DNA of 64,000 nt from Prochlorococcus sp. AG-424-P18 (GTDB taxonomy: Bacteria; Cyanobacteriota; Cyanobacteriia; PCC-6307; Cyanobiaceae). A program made the position numbers and the translations under genes. Below are positions 1 to 12,595 of this stretch, piece by piece (the first letter of the stretch is position 1; each line of letters starts with the position of its first letter). The stretch is taken from positions 6,297 to 70,296 of the forward strand of contig QCNJ01000005.1 of assembly GCA_003213235.1 (NCBI GenBank), in the 5' to 3' direction. Below the pieces are notes generated by a model. The model had not been told where the DNA came from. It saw nothing but the letters and a program-made list of their open reading frames with translations, and ran no database searches.

Positions 1-4
1 ACAG

Positions 5-1765
5 TTGATGGAAATTGAAAGTAGATTACTACCTTGCGGTCTTCATACTATTGGAGAAGCCCCAACAGCAGAAGAAGCTGTTGCAACACTTGTAAATATT
101 GCATCATTAGAGAGAGAGCAAGAGGGATTAAGATCTCTTCCTGGATTGCTAGCTGAATCCATTGGCCTAACTATTGAACAAATTTATGATGGTAATAATA
201 AAGGTGAACTCAAATTTGTAGAGCTAAATGAAAAAATCATAAAGACAGCAAGAGAGTCTATTTTTGCGATGGTCAACTCTTTAAAAATTGTTGATGGCAG
301 AGTTTATTTAGAAAAATCACTTCTTTCCAAATTGTTTGACTTTCTTAAAGTATTTGGTTTGAATTTACCTACCCCCTGGCTAAGGGTCTGTACATTAAAT
401 GGATTTAATGAAGTTAATCAGAAGGAATTAAATAAATTATTTGATTACTTACTTTTCTGTCTTGAACAGGTCTGTGCTGATAAAGAAATGGATAGCCTCA
501 TTAAAGCATTAGATGGAAATTATGTTTTACCTGGACCAGGTGGAGACCCCATAAGAAATCCAGGTGTTTTACCAAGTGGTAAAAATATCCATGCACTTGA
601 TCCACAATCAATCCCTACTACAGCAGCTGTAGCTGCGGCAAAGTCAGTTGTTGACAAATTAATTGAAAGACAAAAAGAAGAGCAAGGAACTTGGCCTGAA
701 ACAATTGCCTGTGTTTTATGGGGTACTGATAATATCAAAACTTATGGAGAATCACTTGCTCAAATCTTATGGTTTGTCGGTGTAAAACCAAAACCAGATT
801 CTGTTGGAAGAATCAACAAATTAGAATTAATCCCTTTAGAAGAATTAGGTAGGCCAAGAATAGATGTAGTGGTTAACTGCTCAGGAGTTTTTAGAGATCT
901 ATTCATAAATCAGATGGCCTTAATAGATCAGGCGGTCAAATTAGCGGCTGAGGCTGATGAACCATTGGAATCTAATTTTGTAAGGAAACATTCACTAGAA
1001 CAAGCAGAAAAAGAAGGCACCTCTATAAGAGAAGCTTCAGCGAGAGTATTCTCTAACGCAAGTGGAAGCTACAGTTCAAATGTTAATTTAGCTGTAGAAA
1101 ACTCAACCTGGGAGGAAGAAAATGAATTACAAGAAATGTATTTATCACGCAAAACATATGCTTTTAATGCTGATAATCCAGGTGAGATGAATCAAAAAAG
1201 AGAGGTATTTGAGTCTGTAATGAAAACCGCAGATGTTACATTTCAAAACCTTGATTCCTCAGAGATTTCATTAACAGATGTAAGTCATTATTTTGATTCA
1301 GATCCAACAAAATTGATTAAGACACTTAGAGATGATGGGAAAGAACCAAGTAGCTATATAGCAGACACTACTACTTCTAATGCTCAAGTTAGAACACTTG
1401 GAGAAACCATCAGATTAGACTCAAGGACAAAACTTTTAAATCCTAAGTGGTATGAAGGTATGCTTAAATCTGGTTATGAAGGAGTTAGAGAACTTTCTAA
1501 CAGACTTAATTACACTCTTGGTTGGAGTGCGACAAGTGGTCAAGTAGATAATTTTGTATATGAAGAAACTAATGAAACATTTATAAATGACGAAGAGATG
1601 AGGAAAAGATTAATGGATCTTAATCCTAATAGTTTCAGAAGAATTGTTGGAACTTTGCTAGAAGTTAATGGTAGGGGATATTGGGAAACTTCAGATGAGA
1701 ATATTGAACAGTTGAAAGAACTATACCAAGAGGTAGAGGATAAAATCGAAGGCGTTAAAGAATAG
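5..1765 (+). CDS. chlH: Magnesium chelatase subunit H, C-terminal part (gene starts before the window)
   Basis: CobN/ChlH motifs [51 protein letters not shown]; frame open at the window edge. Confidence 0.97.
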   Translation: MMEIESRLLPCGLHTIGEAPTAEEAVATLVNIASLEREQEGLRSLPGLLAESIGLTIEQIYDGNNKGELKFVELNEKIIKTARESIFAMVNSLKIVDGRVYLEKSLLSKLFDFLKVFGLNLPTPWLRVCTLNGFNEVNQKELNKLFDYLLFCLEQVCADKEMDSLIKALDGNYVLPGPGGDPIRNPGVLPSGKNIHALDPQSIPTTAAVAAAKSVVDKLIERQKEEQGTWPETIACVLWGTDNIKTYGESLAQILWFVGVKPKPDSVGRINKLELIPLEELGRPRIDVVVNCSGVFRDLFINQMALIDQAVKLAAEADEPLESNFVRKHSLEQAEKEGTSIREASARVFSNASGSYSSNVNLAVENSTWEEENELQEMYLSRKTYAFNADNPGEMNQKREVFESVMKTADVTFQNLDSSEISLTDVSHYFDSDPTKLIKTLRDDGKEPSSYIADTTTSNAQVRTLGETIRLDSRTKLLNPKWYEGMLKSGYEGVRELSNRLNYTLGWSATSGQVDNFVYEETNETFINDEEMRKRLMDLNPNSFRRIVGTLLEVNGRGYWETSDENIEQLKELYQEVEDKIEGVKE

Positions 1766-1770
1766 TAAAT

Positions 1771-2619
1771 TTATGATTTTCTGTAAATCTTATCAGCTAC
1801 TTTAAGGATTTGATAATTTAGTTTGACGTTGTGAACCCTCACAATGTCAATTTTAAATTGAGAACAAAGACAACTTATTGCAAGTGTTCCTATATCCCTT
1901 TCTTTGGGATTTTTCTCATTCAAAATTTCTCCGATAAATCTCTTCCTAGATGCTCCTATCAAAATTGGCAAATTCCATTTTTTAAATACATCTAAGTTTC
2001 TCAAGATTTCCAAATTATGAATGATATCCTTTGAAAACCCAATTCCAGGATCCACTATTATATTTCTTTCAGATATATTTTTTTCTAAAGCATTTTTTAT
2101 TAAATTATCAAGCGAACACTTAACATCACTCAATACATTCTGGTAATTAGAGAGTTGATTCATATTTTGACTATTACCACGACTATGAGTTATCACGAAT
2201 GGACAGTTGAATTTTGATACAACATCCAAAATTTTTATATCTCTTCTTCCTCCCGTGACATCATTAATCCAGTTAGCACCATTTAAAAGAGCTTCGTAAG
2301 CCACTTCAGAATTAAAAGTATCAATAGAAATTAAAACATCTGGAAATTCAGATTTTATTAATTTTAGATATGGGATCAATCTTTTTATTTCTTTACTAGA
2401 TCCAACTTCTTCAGCTCCAGGTCTCGTACTTTGAGCACCAAGATCAATAACATCAACACCATTGCTTAAGAAATAATTTACTTGATCTAAAACTTTTTGT
2501 GAAGAGTTTAATTCCCCACCATCACTAAATGAATCAGGAGTTAAATTAATAACTCCCATAATTGAAGTTTTTTGGCCCCAACCTTTCGGCCATGGATTTT
2601 TGTTATTGATAATTTGCAA
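1771..2619 (-). CDS. folP: Dihydropteroate synthase
   Basis: [42 protein letters not shown]. Confidence 0.97.
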   Translation of the reverse strand: MQIINNKNPWPKGWGQKTSIMGVINLTPDSFSDGGELNSSQKVLDQVNYFLSNGVDVIDLGAQSTRPGAEEVGSSKEIKRLIPYLKLIKSEFPDVLISIDTFNSEVAYEALLNGANWINDVTGGRRDIKILDVVSKFNCPFVITHSRGNSQNMNQLSNYQNVLSDVKCSLDNLIKNALEKNISERNIIVDPGIGFSKDIIHNLEILRNLDVFKKWNLPILIGASRKRFIGEILNEKNPKERDIGTLAISCLCSQFKIDIVRVHNVKLNYQILKVADKIYRKS

Positions 2620-3328
2620 TTCTCGCGAAACTATTCGGATCTAATGAAGCCCCTCCAACTAACACCCCATCTATATCACTCATAGACATAATTTCGTCAA
2701 TATTATTAGGTTTAACAGATCCTCCATATTGAATAATTACATCATCAAAACCTATTAATTTCCGAATCAAAGAACATATCTTATTAGCGTCTTCTGCCTC
2801 ACACGTTTTACCAGTGCCAATAGCCCATATTGGTTCATAGGCAACAATTAAATTAGATGGATCTGTATTTTCTAATCCTTGTTCAACCTGCCTAGTAATA
2901 ACCCTATCAGCTTCTCCTCTCTCTCTCTGATCTAAAGTTTCTCCTACACAAACTATTGGAGTAAGTCCACTAGATTGAGCAAAAACTGCTCTTTTATTAA
3001 TTTGTTCATCACTTTCACTAAAGTATTTTCTTGGTTCACTATGTCCAACGATTGCATATGAGACACCATGTTCAATAAGCATTTTTGGAGATATTTCTGC
3101 AGTAAATGCTCCTTGATCTTCCCAATGAATATTTTGACTAGAAATCTCTAAATATTCAAAATCAGAATGATCAGAAAAGGTTGAAATAGCTGTAAAAGGT
3201 GGAGCAATTACAATTTTACGATCATCTTTAATGTTTTTTATTAAAGGAATAAACTCTTTTAAATAGGATTTAGCTTCAGCACAAGTCATGTGCATTTTCC
3301 AATTACCAGCAATTACAGATTTTCTCAA
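2603..3328 (-). CDS. tpiA: Triosephosphate isomerase
   Basis: [37 protein letters not shown]. Confidence 0.98.
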   Translation of the reverse strand: MRKSVIAGNWKMHMTCAEAKSYLKEFIPLIKNIKDDRKIVIAPPFTAISTFSDHSDFEYLEISSQNIHWEDQGAFTAEISPKMLIEHGVSYAIVGHSEPRKYFSESDEQINKRAVFAQSSGLTPIVCVGETLDQRERGEADRVITRQVEQGLENTDPSNLIVAYEPIWAIGTGKTCEAEDANKICSLIRKLIGFDDVIIQYGGSVKPNNIDEIMSMSDIDGVLVGGASLDPNSFARIANYQ

Positions 3329-3380
3329 AATACTATCTCCAAGAAAAATATACTAATACAAAGTGAGTTGAATAAGCTAA

Positions 3381-3557
3381 CTATTCAAAAATTAATTCAT
3401 TTTTTAGAAATATTACTCTATCTCCCTTTTTTAACTTCCTTCCTCTTCTAGTCTCAATAACACCATTAACCTTAACAGAACCGGATTTAATAAAAATTTT
3501 TGCTTCGCCACCAGAAGATACCAAATTTTTCCATTTTAAAAATTGATCCAATTTCAT
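3381..3557 (-). CDS. Small S4-like RNA-binding protein, 58 aa (not in ORF track)
   Basis: Manual translation MKLDQFLKWKNLVSSGGEAKIFIKSGSVKVNGVIETRRGRKLKKGDRVIFLKNELIFE; YaaA/YbcJ-type S4 signature. Confidence 0.9.
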   Translation of the reverse strand: MKLDQFLKWKNLVSSGGEAKIFIKSGSVKVNGVIETRRGRKLKKGDRVIFLKNELIFE

Positions 3558-3615
3558 TGTTTTTTATACCCAAAGATATTGATAAAGTAGGATAAACAAT
3601 TAAATATATAATATC

Positions 3616-5322
3616 TTGAGACTAATACCACCAGTCAGACATTATTCAAATAGGTTTATCAAGGGTTTTATATGCATGCTTATTTACGTAGCTTGTTGGC
3701 CTTTATTAGCTTATTTAGCTGGAAACTTAATCCCAGCAATTGGGTCAGGTGATCTCTCGAAAGTTTCTAACATAATAATCAAGTCTTTATTTGTATTTTT
3801 AGTTCAGAAAACTGCTCAATTTGGACAAGATGTATTCATAGCAAAACCGTCATTAGAAATTAGTGAAGTGATGAGAGGAAATTTATTTAGCAGAATACAA
3901 AAAATAAAGATGAATTCTGTTGAAAATATTTCTGCCGGGGACATCACATATAGACTTACAGAAGATGCCGACAGAGTAAGCGAAATTATTTATAAAACAG
4001 CTCAAGATACTATTCCATGCACTTTACAGTTGTTAGCGGTAATAATCTACATGTTTTATTTAGACTGGTCACTAACATTATCAACATTCGTTTTAGCACC
4101 ATTGATTATTCTTTCTGTTAACAGTTTTGGAAGAAGAGTATTAATAGCATCCGAAAAAAGTCAAGAATCAACAAGTAATTTAGCAGGTTTAATAGGTGAA
4201 TCTATAAATGGAATGTCCACGATAAGAGCTTTTGCTGCAGAAAATTGGATTGAGCAAAGATTTTATAAAAGATTAAGTACAAATATAAAAGCAAAATATA
4301 AAACATTAAAACTACTTGCATTTCAACATCCAGTTGTAGGATTTGTTGAAGCATTCGGAATATTATCAATATTAGGTTTAGGCGCCGCAAGAATCAATCT
4401 AGGCCTTCTAACAAGCGAAGAATTTAGTAGTTTTTTTGCAGCAATATTAATGCTTATTGATCCAATAAGCCATGTAAGTACAAATTTTAATGACTATAAA
4501 CAGGCAGAGGCCTCAATAAAGAGGTTGAAAAACATAAATGAAGAACCTGTCGAAGATGATAAAGAAAATTTACGAAGGATATCCAATTTTGAAGGCAAAA
4601 TAAGTTTCAATAAAGTAAATTTCGCTTACAAAAAAGATAATCAAGTACTTAAAAATATCAATTTAGAAATTAAAAGAGGAGAAGTCACAGCATTTGTTGG
4701 AGCTTCTGGAGCTGGTAAAAGTACAATGTTGGCTTTGATATTAAAGTTTATAACTCCAAATAATGGAGACATTTTTATAGATGATAAAAATCTCAAAAAA
4801 TTAAATACAAAAGATATTAGAAAAAACATTGCTTTAGTACAACAACAACCTTTTTTGTTTTCAGGAACAATTATTGATGTAATAAGAATGGGCAGAAATT
4901 ACACTAAAGAAGAAGTTATAGAATCAGCAAGAAAAGCAAACGCTCACAACTTCATTCAAAAGCTTCCTGAGAAATATGAAACTGAGATAACTGAAAGAGG
5001 ATCAAATTTCTCAGGTGGTCAGATCCAGAGGATAGCAATTGCAAGAGCAATACTCGGGAACCCCTCAATTCTTTTTTTAGATGAGGCTACAAGTGCGTTA
5101 GATGCAGAATCAGAATATGAAGTACAAAAAGGACTTAATAGAGCTATGAAAGATAGAACAGTTATTGTAATAGCTCATAGATTAGCGACAACGCAAGAAG
5201 CAGATAAAATAGTTGTCTTCGATAAAGGTGAAATTATTGAGGTTGGGAACCATGCCTATTTAATTAATAAAAATGGAATTTATAAAGATTTATGTGAAAA
5301 ACAATTGATTAAGAAAGTATAA
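3616..5322 (+). CDS. ABC exporter, fused permease and ATPase (MsbA/MdlB-like)
   Basis: N-terminal TM helices; Walker A GASGAGKST, signature FSGGQ, Walker B LFLDEATSALD; start codon uncertain. Confidence 0.92.
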   Translation: MRLIPPVRHYSNRFIKGFICMLIYVACWPLLAYLAGNLIPAIGSGDLSKVSNIIIKSLFVFLVQKTAQFGQDVFIAKPSLEISEVMRGNLFSRIQKIKMNSVENISAGDITYRLTEDADRVSEIIYKTAQDTIPCTLQLLAVIIYMFYLDWSLTLSTFVLAPLIILSVNSFGRRVLIASEKSQESTSNLAGLIGESINGMSTIRAFAAENWIEQRFYKRLSTNIKAKYKTLKLLAFQHPVVGFVEAFGILSILGLGAARINLGLLTSEEFSSFFAAILMLIDPISHVSTNFNDYKQAEASIKRLKNINEEPVEDDKENLRRISNFEGKISFNKVNFAYKKDNQVLKNINLEIKRGEVTAFVGASGAGKSTMLALILKFITPNNGDIFIDDKNLKKLNTKDIRKNIALVQQQPFLFSGTIIDVIRMGRNYTKEEVIESARKANAHNFIQKLPEKYETEITERGSNFSGGQIQRIAIARAILGNPSILFLDEATSALDAESEYEVQKGLNRAMKDRTVIVIAHRLATTQEADKIVVFDKGEIIEVGNHAYLINKNGIYKDLCEKQLIKKV

Positions 5323-5352
5323 TCCTAATTTATTATTTAAAAATTTAATTCT

Positions 5353-5571
5353 ATGAGTGAAAACACAAATGATTCTACTAACCCAGTCTTAACATTTGAA
5401 GGGAAAAAATATTCGATAAATGAACTTTCTAATGATATAAAAGAATCTATAAAAGGATTACAAATAGCAGAAACACAACTAAAAATGCATGAAGACACAT
5501 TGAAATTACTTTCAATTGGTAGAAATTCTTTAGCAAATCAATTAAGAGAAAAATTAAAAAACTTAGAGTAA
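5353..5571 (+). CDS. Conserved small coiled-coil hypothetical protein
   Basis: 72-aa ORF (LTFEGKKYSINELS) filling the gap between genes. Confidence 0.75.
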   Translation: MSENTNDSTNPVLTFEGKKYSINELSNDIKESIKGLQIAETQLKMHEDTLKLLSIGRNSLANQLREKLKNLE

Positions 5572-5575
5572 AGTT

Positions 5576-8500
5576 TTAGCAATTATGGATTTCTTGTAAA
5601 GAATAAGTATCAATTTTATTACTTCGGAGGGCTTTGATTGCTTCAATAGCTGCCTTAGCTCCCGGGATAGTTGTAAAAGTCGGAATATTATACTCTAAAG
5701 CAGCACGTCTTAAATATGCATCGTCATGAAGAGCCTGAGAACCTATTGGAGTATTAATGACTAATTGGACAAGACCAGAACGAATTAAGTCCTCTATATT
5801 AGGTCTGCCTTCATGTACCTTTAGCACTTCTTCAACTTGAACACCTAAATCAAGCAAATATGAAGCTGTTCCTTTTGTTGCAATTAATTTAAATCCCAAA
5901 ATTAACAATTCCTTTGCAATTACATCAAGATTCTTTTTATCTAAATCATTAGTAGATAAAAAAGCCACACCTTCAGAGGGGACTCCATTCCCTGCTGCCA
6001 ATTCTGACTTTGCATAAGCAATTCCAAAATCTTTAGCTAAGCCCATAACTTCTCCCGTAGATCTCATTTCAGGACCTAGGAGAGTATCAGATCCAGGAAA
6101 TCGTTTGAAAGGTAAAACGGCTTCTTTTACTGCCTGATATTTTAGAGAAGATTCTTTGGTAAAGCCAATTTCATCTAAAGTAAAGCTTTGCATTAATTGC
6201 GTAGCTATTTTTGCAACTGGTTTACCTATAGCTTTAGAAACAAATGGGACAGTTCTCGAAGCTCTAGGATTTGCCTCAAGAATAAATAATTTATTTTCAC
6301 TACTATTTATATTTGTCACTGCAAACTGTAAATTAATTAAACCAACAACATTTAATCTTTTTGCAATTAATTTCGTCCAGTTCTTTACAATATCCAGAGT
6401 AGACTTTGATAAAGAAATTGATGGTAAACAACAAGCTGAATCTCCAGAATGAATTCCGGCAGGTTCAACATGTTCCATTAAACCTGCAATTACAACAGAT
6501 CCTTCAGAATCACATAAGGCATCAACATCAATTTCAATAGCATTATTCAAATATTGATCAAGGAGTATTGGATGATCAGGGGATACCTTAACTGCTTCAG
6601 AAATATATCTCGATAATTCATTGTCATCTTTAACGATTTCCATTGCCCTGCCTCCCAAAACATAAGAAGGTCTAACAACCAAAGGGAATCCAATATTTTT
6701 TGCAACCTTTTGTGCTTCATTCTGATTACGGGCTATCCCGTTTAAAGGTTGTCTAATGTTTAATTCCTCAAGTATTTTTGTAAATTCCTCTCTGTCTTCT
6801 GCCAGGTCAATTGAGATTGGAGAAGTGCCAAGAATCTTTGATCCAGTTCTTAATCCATCGTTGGTTTTTAGCCATTCATATAAAGGTAATGATAATTTCA
6901 ATGGAGTTTGACCTCCGAACTGCACAATCAAACCATAAGGATTTTCTGATTCAATTATATTAAGCACATCCTCCAAAGTTACAGGCTCAAAATATAAAAT
7001 ATCACTAGTATCGTAATCAGTTGAGACAGTCTCAGGGTTACTATTAACCATTATTGTTTTGTAACCATTTTCTGAAGCTTGATATGCAGCATGACAACAA
7101 CAGTAATCAAATTCAATTCCCTGACCAATTCTGTTTGGGCCTCCCCCTAGAATCATAATTTTTTTTGATGTATTACAAATTGAGATCTCGCTTTCAGAAA
7201 TTTGATCATTAGAATTAATATAAGATTCCTCATAAGTTGAATAATGATAAGGAGTTGAGGATTTAAACTCTGCTGAACAAGTATCAACATTTTTATAGAT
7301 CGGTATGATATTAAGATCTTTCCTATATCTTCTCACCTCAAAAAATTCAGAATTAGTTAAATTTGCTATCTGTTGATCTGAAAACCCTAATTGTTTAGCA
7401 TGCAACATCAAATCTCTATCGATATCATAGAGTTCCTTCCCTTTCAAAATACTATATTCAAAATCAAATATATTCCTTAATTTTTCAATAAACCAAGAAT
7501 CTATATTTGTAATTTCTTGAATATAGGAATTGGTTTTACCAAGCTTCATAGCTTGTTTAATTATGAGAATTCTTTCAGATGTAGGATTTCTTAAACTATT
7601 TTTCAGATCAGTCTCATTCTTTGTTTCATCAATTGAGTCACATTCCCATCCACTAATACCAACTTCTAGAGACCTTAAAGCTTTCTGAAATGATTCTTCA
7701 AAAGAACGACCAATTGCCATTGACTCACCGACAGATTTCATAGAAGTACTTAAGGTATTTGACGAGCCTTTAAACTTCTCAAAAGCAAACCTAGGGATTT
7801 TTGTAACAACGTAATCAATTGAAGGCTCAAAACATGAAGGGGTTTTTTTTGTAATGTCATTAATAATCTCATCAAGTGTGTAGCCAACTGATAATAAAGC
7901 TGCAATTTTGGCTATGGGAAATCCAGTAGCTTTACTTGCCAAAGCAGATGATCTACTCACACGAGGATTCATTTCTATGACAATTACATCTCCATTGGAT
8001 GGATTTATAGCGAATTGTATATTACTACCTCCAGTTTCAACTCCAATTTCTCTAATGATTTTTAACGACAAATCCCTTAATCTCTGATACTCCTTATCTG
8101 TTAGGGTTTGAGCAGGAGCTACAGTGATGGAATCTCCAGTATGAACACCCATTGGATCTAAATTTTCAATGCTACAAACTATTACTACGTTATCTGCTGT
8201 ATCTCTCATAACTTCTAATTCAAACTCTTTCCAGCCAATAAGTGATTTTTCAATCAAAATTTGATTACTTGGACTTTCCTCTAAACCGGTTTTACATAAT
8301 TCAACAAATTCTTCAAGGTTATATGCAATTCCACCTCCTACACCACCTAAAGTAAATGCTGGTCTTATTATAAGAGGATATGAATTGATTTTTTTTGATA
8401 CATCTTTAGCTTCAGTTAGGTTAGATGCTATCCCAGAAGGACATACATTTACATTTATATTTTCCATTGACTCTTTAAATAATTTTCTATCTTCAGCTTT

Positions 8501-8872
8501 ATTAATAGCTCTTAAATCTGCGCCAATTAATTCAACATTATTCTTTTTTAAAAAATCAGACTCTGATAATTTAACCGCAAGATTCAAAGCGGTTTGACCT
8601 CCCATAGTCGGAAGGATTGCATCAGGTTTTTCTTTTAAAATAATCTGTGAAACGATTTCAGGCGTCAAAGGCTCAATATATGTTTTGTTCGCAATTTCTG
8701 GGTCTGTCATTATCGATGCTGGATTTGAATTTATCAAGATAATTTCATAACCAGCTTTTCTTAAAACTTTGCAAGCCTGAGTACCAGAGTAGTCAAATTC
8801 GCAAGCTTGTCCTATAACAATCGGTCCTGAACCCAGAATAAGGATTCGTTTAAGATCACCTCTTTGAGGCAT
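5576..8872 (-). CDS. carB: Carbamoyl-phosphate synthase large subunit
   Basis: [17 protein letters not shown], duplicated ATP-grasp halves (GVHTGDS and GIHSGDS), C-terminal MGS domain. Confidence 0.99.
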   Translation of the reverse strand: MPQRGDLKRILILGSGPIVIGQACEFDYSGTQACKVLRKAGYEIILINSNPASIMTDPEIANKTYIEPLTPEIVSQIILKEKPDAILPTMGGQTALNLAVKLSESDFLKKNNVELIGADLRAINKAEDRKLFKESMENINVNVCPSGIASNLTEAKDVSKKINSYPLIIRPAFTLGGVGGGIAYNLEEFVELCKTGLEESPSNQILIEKSLIGWKEFELEVMRDTADNVVIVCSIENLDPMGVHTGDSITVAPAQTLTDKEYQRLRDLSLKIIREIGVETGGSNIQFAINPSNGDVIVIEMNPRVSRSSALASKATGFPIAKIAALLSVGYTLDEIINDITKKTPSCFEPSIDYVVTKIPRFAFEKFKGSSNTLSTSMKSVGESMAIGRSFEESFQKALRSLEVGISGWECDSIDETKNETDLKNSLRNPTSERILIIKQAMKLGKTNSYIQEITNIDSWFIEKLRNIFDFEYSILKGKELYDIDRDLMLHAKQLGFSDQQIANLTNSEFFEVRRYRKDLNIIPIYKNVDTCSAEFKSSTPYHYSTYEESYINSNDQISESEISICNTSKKIMILGGGPNRIGQGIEFDYCCCHAAYQASENGYKTIMVNSNPETVSTDYDTSDILYFEPVTLEDVLNIIESENPYGLIVQFGGQTPLKLSLPLYEWLKTNDGLRTGSKILGTSPISIDLAEDREEFTKILEELNIRQPLNGIARNQNEAQKVAKNIGFPLVVRPSYVLGGRAMEIVKDDNELSRYISEAVKVSPDHPILLDQYLNNAIEIDVDALCDSEGSVVIAGLMEHVEPAGIHSGDSACCLPSISLSKSTLDIVKNWTKLIAKRLNVVGLINLQFAVTNINSSENKLFILEANPRASRTVPFVSKAIGKPVAKIATQLMQSFTLDEIGFTKESSLKYQAVKEAVLPFKRFPGSDTLLGPEMRSTGEVMGLAKDFGIAYAKSELAAGNGVPSEGVAFLSTNDLDKKNLDVIAKELLILGFKLIATKGTASYLLDLGVQVEEVLKVHEGRPNIEDLIRSGLVQLVINTPIGSQALHDDAYLRRAALEYNIPTFTTIPGAKAAIEAIKALRSNKIDTYSLQEIHNC

Positions 8873-8980
8873 AATTTAAAACCTTCTTTTATTTCATGCT
8901 ACTTATAAATCATCAGATGTTAATCAAGTTACTTGAAAAGCAACATTTGTTTCTATAGTATTGAAAGAAATTAATTTTTT

Positions 8981-9619
8981 ATGAGCGAACTTCAGCGACT
9001 TAAAAGTTTGTTGCCTCCAGAGAATGAAAGTTGGGTATTTATTGAAGCTGCTGCTGCTATAGATCCACCCCTAATAACGCTCGAGGAAATTGGTCGTGAC
9101 GAAGTTGAAATACAAATTGATTTAGACGAATGGGAAAACTTTGCAATTGATCACAGAAATTTATTATTTTGGCACGAAGTAGGAAAAATTCAAAATGATG
9201 CAATACCAAGAGATGGATGGGAAATGGCAGCCCTTGCAATTGGTCTTGGAGGAGCTATAGGAGAGTTGTGGGTACAAGATGGATTACTTTTACTACTAGC
9301 TCTTGGATTATCAAGTTTTGCGGGATATAGATTATACATAAAAAATAATTCTGAGAAGAAACTCCAGGATGCTATTTTTGCAGACGAAAGAGCTATAGAT
9401 CTTGCTTGTAGATTTGGATACAGTATCCCTAATGCTTATAAAAGTCTTGGAGGAGCATTAAAGGAATTAATTGAGAAAACCAGAAAAAAGAAAAGAAGAA
9501 GTTTCTTTGAGGATAGATTAGATGCGCTTAGAAAAAGTGCTGAAAAAGCTAGATCAGAATTATCTCAGCAAGAAGGTTCGGAACAATCAGTTTCAAGTGA
9601 AAATGTATATGGACAATAA
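8981..9619 (+). CDS. DUF3318-like cyanobacterial membrane protein
   Basis: LLFWHEVGKIQ, GWEMAALAIGLGG; usual neighbour of rsfS in cyanobacteria. Confidence 0.8.
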   Translation: MSELQRLKSLLPPENESWVFIEAAAAIDPPLITLEEIGRDEVEIQIDLDEWENFAIDHRNLLFWHEVGKIQNDAIPRDGWEMAALAIGLGGAIGELWVQDGLLLLLALGLSSFAGYRLYIKNNSEKKLQDAIFADERAIDLACRFGYSIPNAYKSLGGALKELIEKTRKKKRRSFFEDRLDALRKSAEKARSELSQQEGSEQSVSSENVYGQ

Positions 9620-9953
9620 AAGTTTGGTTCTAATGGCAGCTAAAGCTTGTGATGAAAAAAAGGCTAAAGATATTAAACTAATAAAAATTGACAAAGTTTC
9701 ATTTATCAGCGAGTGGATATTAATTGCTGAGGGATTATCTGATGTACAAGTTAGATCAATAACTAATTCTATAGAAGGAGAATTGAGAGAGAAGGCTAAA
9801 ATTGAACCTATTAGAAAAGAGGGGATTAATGAGGCGAAATGGGCTTTACTCGATTATGGTGATTTGATAGTAAATATTTTCCAACCAGACATAAGAAAAT
9901 ATTATGATCTTGAGTCATTCTGGAGTAATGGAGATAATCTTACATTTCCATAA
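9609..9953 (+). CDS. rsfS: Ribosome silencing factor (Iojap)
   Basis: ACDEKKAKDI...W.LLDYGDLIVNIF...R.YYDLESFW; start placed at ATG 9609 rather than 9522. Confidence 0.93.
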   Translation: MDNKSLVLMAAKACDEKKAKDIKLIKIDKVSFISEWILIAEGLSDVQVRSITNSIEGELREKAKIEPIRKEGINEAKWALLDYGDLIVNIFQPDIRKYYDLESFWSNGDNLTFP

Positions 9954-9964
9954 TTGTCATTTTT

Positions 9965-10459
9965 ATGAGCGAATCTAAATGTCCCGTTCCAAAGGAACAA
10001 CAACCCACAAATGAATTTATTGAATTATCAAAATCTATAATTTTTTCTTGGCCAAAAACAAAAAAATCGCTAATAACTGTATTGATCAAATTCTGGATTG
10101 GTACTTTTGTTATATTTCTTGTAATTTCTTCCGGAAGTATATATTTCAAAACATCAACTTTAAAATATATTCTATTAAGTTTTTTTAGTAGCTTATCAAT
10201 ACCTTTCTTAATTTCTATAAGGTTATACCTTGGGTGGAATCATGTATTTAGAAGGTTGACCTCCGAAAGAGTGGAATACGAAGAATCCGGCTGGTATGAC
10301 GGTCAAGTATGGATAAAGCCATTATTTTTAAAAGAAAAAGAATCACTTATTGCCTCAATTGAGGTAAAGCCCATTTTAAAAAATCTAATACAAATTTTTT
10401 CTATTATCTCAGTCTTAGGTTTATCGGGAATTTTGCTTTTTCAATATAACAATTTCTAA
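9965..10459 (+). CDS. ycf36: Ycf36/CGLD27 family membrane protein
   Basis: CPVP.EQQP.NE, RLYLGW, YEESGWYDGQVW.KP. Confidence 0.88.
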   Translation: MSESKCPVPKEQQPTNEFIELSKSIIFSWPKTKKSLITVLIKFWIGTFVIFLVISSGSIYFKTSTLKYILLSFFSSLSIPFLISIRLYLGWNHVFRRLTSERVEYEESGWYDGQVWIKPLFLKEKESLIASIEVKPILKNLIQIFSIISVLGLSGILLFQYNNF

Positions 10460-11425
10460 ATGAGTTCTAACTTCAAAAACCTTTACACATCGAATAATCC
10501 TCCTTTACAAGCTACGTTAATAAGAGGTTCTTACATCGAGTCAATCCATAAAATTCATGCTGTCATAACTGACAGAAAAGGGCGGGTTTTAATGTGCGCA
10601 GGAAATCCTGAATATAAAAGTTTCATTAGGTCAGCATTAAAACCATTTCAAGCAATACCTTTCGTAAGCAGCGGTGCTGCAGCAAAAATTAATAATGCTT
10701 CAAAATCAATTGCTCTAGCGTGTGGTTCACATAGTGGATCAAGACTACATGCAAGGGAAGCCTTCAAAATCTTATGGGGATACGACATCGATATTAACAA
10801 TTTAAAATGTCCAAAATCAAATACAAGTCCATTAGAACATAATTGTTCTGGCAAACATGCGGCTTTTCTAGCTACATGTAAAAAAATGAATTGGCCATTA
10901 GAGAGTTACTTAAAAGGAAACCATCCACTCCAAATCGAAATATTTAGAATTGTTGCTGAATTACTTGAAATCCCGATATCTGAAATAAATGCAGAACGTG
11001 ATGATTGTGGTGCCCCAACTCTTTATTTAAAATTAATAGAAATGTCCAAGTTGTATTCACTTCTAAGCAGTTCAGACAATGCTGAACTAGAACAAATCAG
11101 TAGAGCTATGACAACTAACCCAATAATGGTAAGTGATAACAACAAATTTGATACAGAAATAATCAAGTCATCTCATGGACAAGTTATTGGTAAAAGTGGT
11201 GCAGAGGGCATACAATGCCTATGCAAGGTAAATGAAGGGATAGGACTTGCCCTAAAAGTTGAAGACGGATCAAAAAGAGCTAAACATGCTGTTAGTCTTC
11301 ACATATTAAAACAATTAGAATGGATTTCAGATTTAAGAATTCAAGATATTGAAGAAAAGATTTTTAATTTTTCTGATGGAGTAAGGATTGAAGTAAAAGG
11401 TCAATTAAAATTCCAAGAATCCTAA
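10460..11425 (+). CDS. L-asparaginase II family protein
   Basis: RSALKPFQA, ACGSHSG, HNCSGKH, DDCGAP, KSGAEG. Confidence 0.9.
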   Translation: MSSNFKNLYTSNNPPLQATLIRGSYIESIHKIHAVITDRKGRVLMCAGNPEYKSFIRSALKPFQAIPFVSSGAAAKINNASKSIALACGSHSGSRLHAREAFKILWGYDIDINNLKCPKSNTSPLEHNCSGKHAAFLATCKKMNWPLESYLKGNHPLQIEIFRIVAELLEIPISEINAERDDCGAPTLYLKLIEMSKLYSLLSSSDNAELEQISRAMTTNPIMVSDNNKFDTEIIKSSHGQVIGKSGAEGIQCLCKVNEGIGLALKVEDGSKRAKHAVSLHILKQLEWISDLRIQDIEEKIFNFSDGVRIEVKGQLKFQES

Positions 11426-11470
11426 AGAAATAGAAAAAATAACACCTTCAGATGTATGCTATGTATATGT

Positions 11471-11547
<77 letters not shown>

Positions 11548-11550
11548 TTT

Positions 11551-11577
11551 AAAAGCAGCTTATCAGCTGCTTTTTTT
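11551..11577 (+). terminator. Intrinsic terminator after tRNA-Met
   Basis: AAAAGCAGCT-TATC-AGCTGC followed by T7. Confidence 0.85.
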
Positions 11578-11912
11578 GTATTTGCAATTAGTTACAGCTA
11601 CAAATTTATATTTTAGAAAACAGCATATTTTATATTTACACAAATATTTCAAAAATTATTAGAGATCCTTTTGCATGGATATCTTAAAATCAACTCTCAC
11701 TATTAGACCAATAATGATAAGTAATATTCCAATGTAAGAGTTAAAAGAAAGCTCCAAAATATTTAATTTAGTTTCTATTAAAATATTAGCTAAAAAAGTT
11801 TTGTTATTAAATAGTTCTATAACAATAATTTCAAAACATCTTCATGATGATATCGGTCTCGCTGTGTAAGTAAGTAATTAAGTTAAAGTTGAATCAAATA
11901 ATATATAAATAC

Positions 11913-12059
11913 ATGCAGAATTTTCTACAGCATGATCTAGGCTCAAGCTTATTATCAATTGCTGTTATCTTAGGGTGGTTAGGTCTGTTTTTTGTATTCT
12001 TGAGAATATTTACAATTTTAATGAAACGAATCCTTGAAGCGATATTTAAAAAATCTTAA
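11913..12059 (+). CDS. Small single-TM protein, 48 aa (not in ORF track)
   Basis: MQNFLQHDLGSSLLSIAVILGWLGLFFVFLRIFTILMKRILEAIFKKS. Confidence 0.55.
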   Translation: MQNFLQHDLGSSLLSIAVILGWLGLFFVFLRIFTILMKRILEAIFKKS

Positions 12060-12129
12060 TTATTAAAATAGATCAATTATCAATAATTAGCCACATAGTT
12101 CTAACAGCAATAAGTATAATAACCTAAAA

Positions 12130-12519
12130 ATGTCAATTTTAGATAATACAAAAGTAGGGGATTCAGTTCAAATAAACATAGAACTATCAAGGGACAGGTT
12201 TGCTAAAGATATTATTGATGCAATAAATGTTTCTTCAGTAGCTAAGATAAGTGACTTTAGAATAACTGACGGTAAAGGTATTGGAGTTATATTGAGATTA
12301 TCCAATGGAAAAGAGCAATGGTTTTTCGAAGATGAAATTGAGCTCCTCGATGAAAACGGAAATGTAATTAAAAAAATTAATGATAAAAATGAGAATAATA
12401 ATTTTATATTTGATTTATTAGGAGGTTTAAATTATGAAAATAAAAATAAAGTAAGCGAGTTACTTAATCCAATTAATTTTTCTCTTTGGCTGTTTGTATC
12501 GTTCAAAGATATTTTTTAA
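12130..12519 (+). CDS. DUF2862/PetP-like SH3-fold protein with C-terminal extension
   Basis: VGDSV...RDR...FRITDGKGIGV...L.NG...WFFEDEI. Confidence 0.7.
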   Translation: MSILDNTKVGDSVQINIELSRDRFAKDIIDAINVSSVAKISDFRITDGKGIGVILRLSNGKEQWFFEDEIELLDENGNVIKKINDKNENNNFIFDLLGGLNYENKNKVSELLNPINFSLWLFVSFKDIF

Positions 12520-12595
12520 TCCGTTAAAAATTTTTCTAGAATAAAAATAACATAATAAATTTTCTAAATATATAATTTCAGAAATCAGGATTGAA

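Noticed and set aside
520-8597. Short opposite-strand ORFs inside chlH, the ABC exporter and carB (520..738, 4202..4390, 4641..4829, 6156..6452, 8385..8597)
   Set aside because: Fully antisense to well-supported genes and without motifs; shadow ORFs.
9522-9608. N-terminal extension of rsfS in the ORF track
   Set aside because: Overlaps the upstream gene; the RsfS domain begins at ATG 9609.
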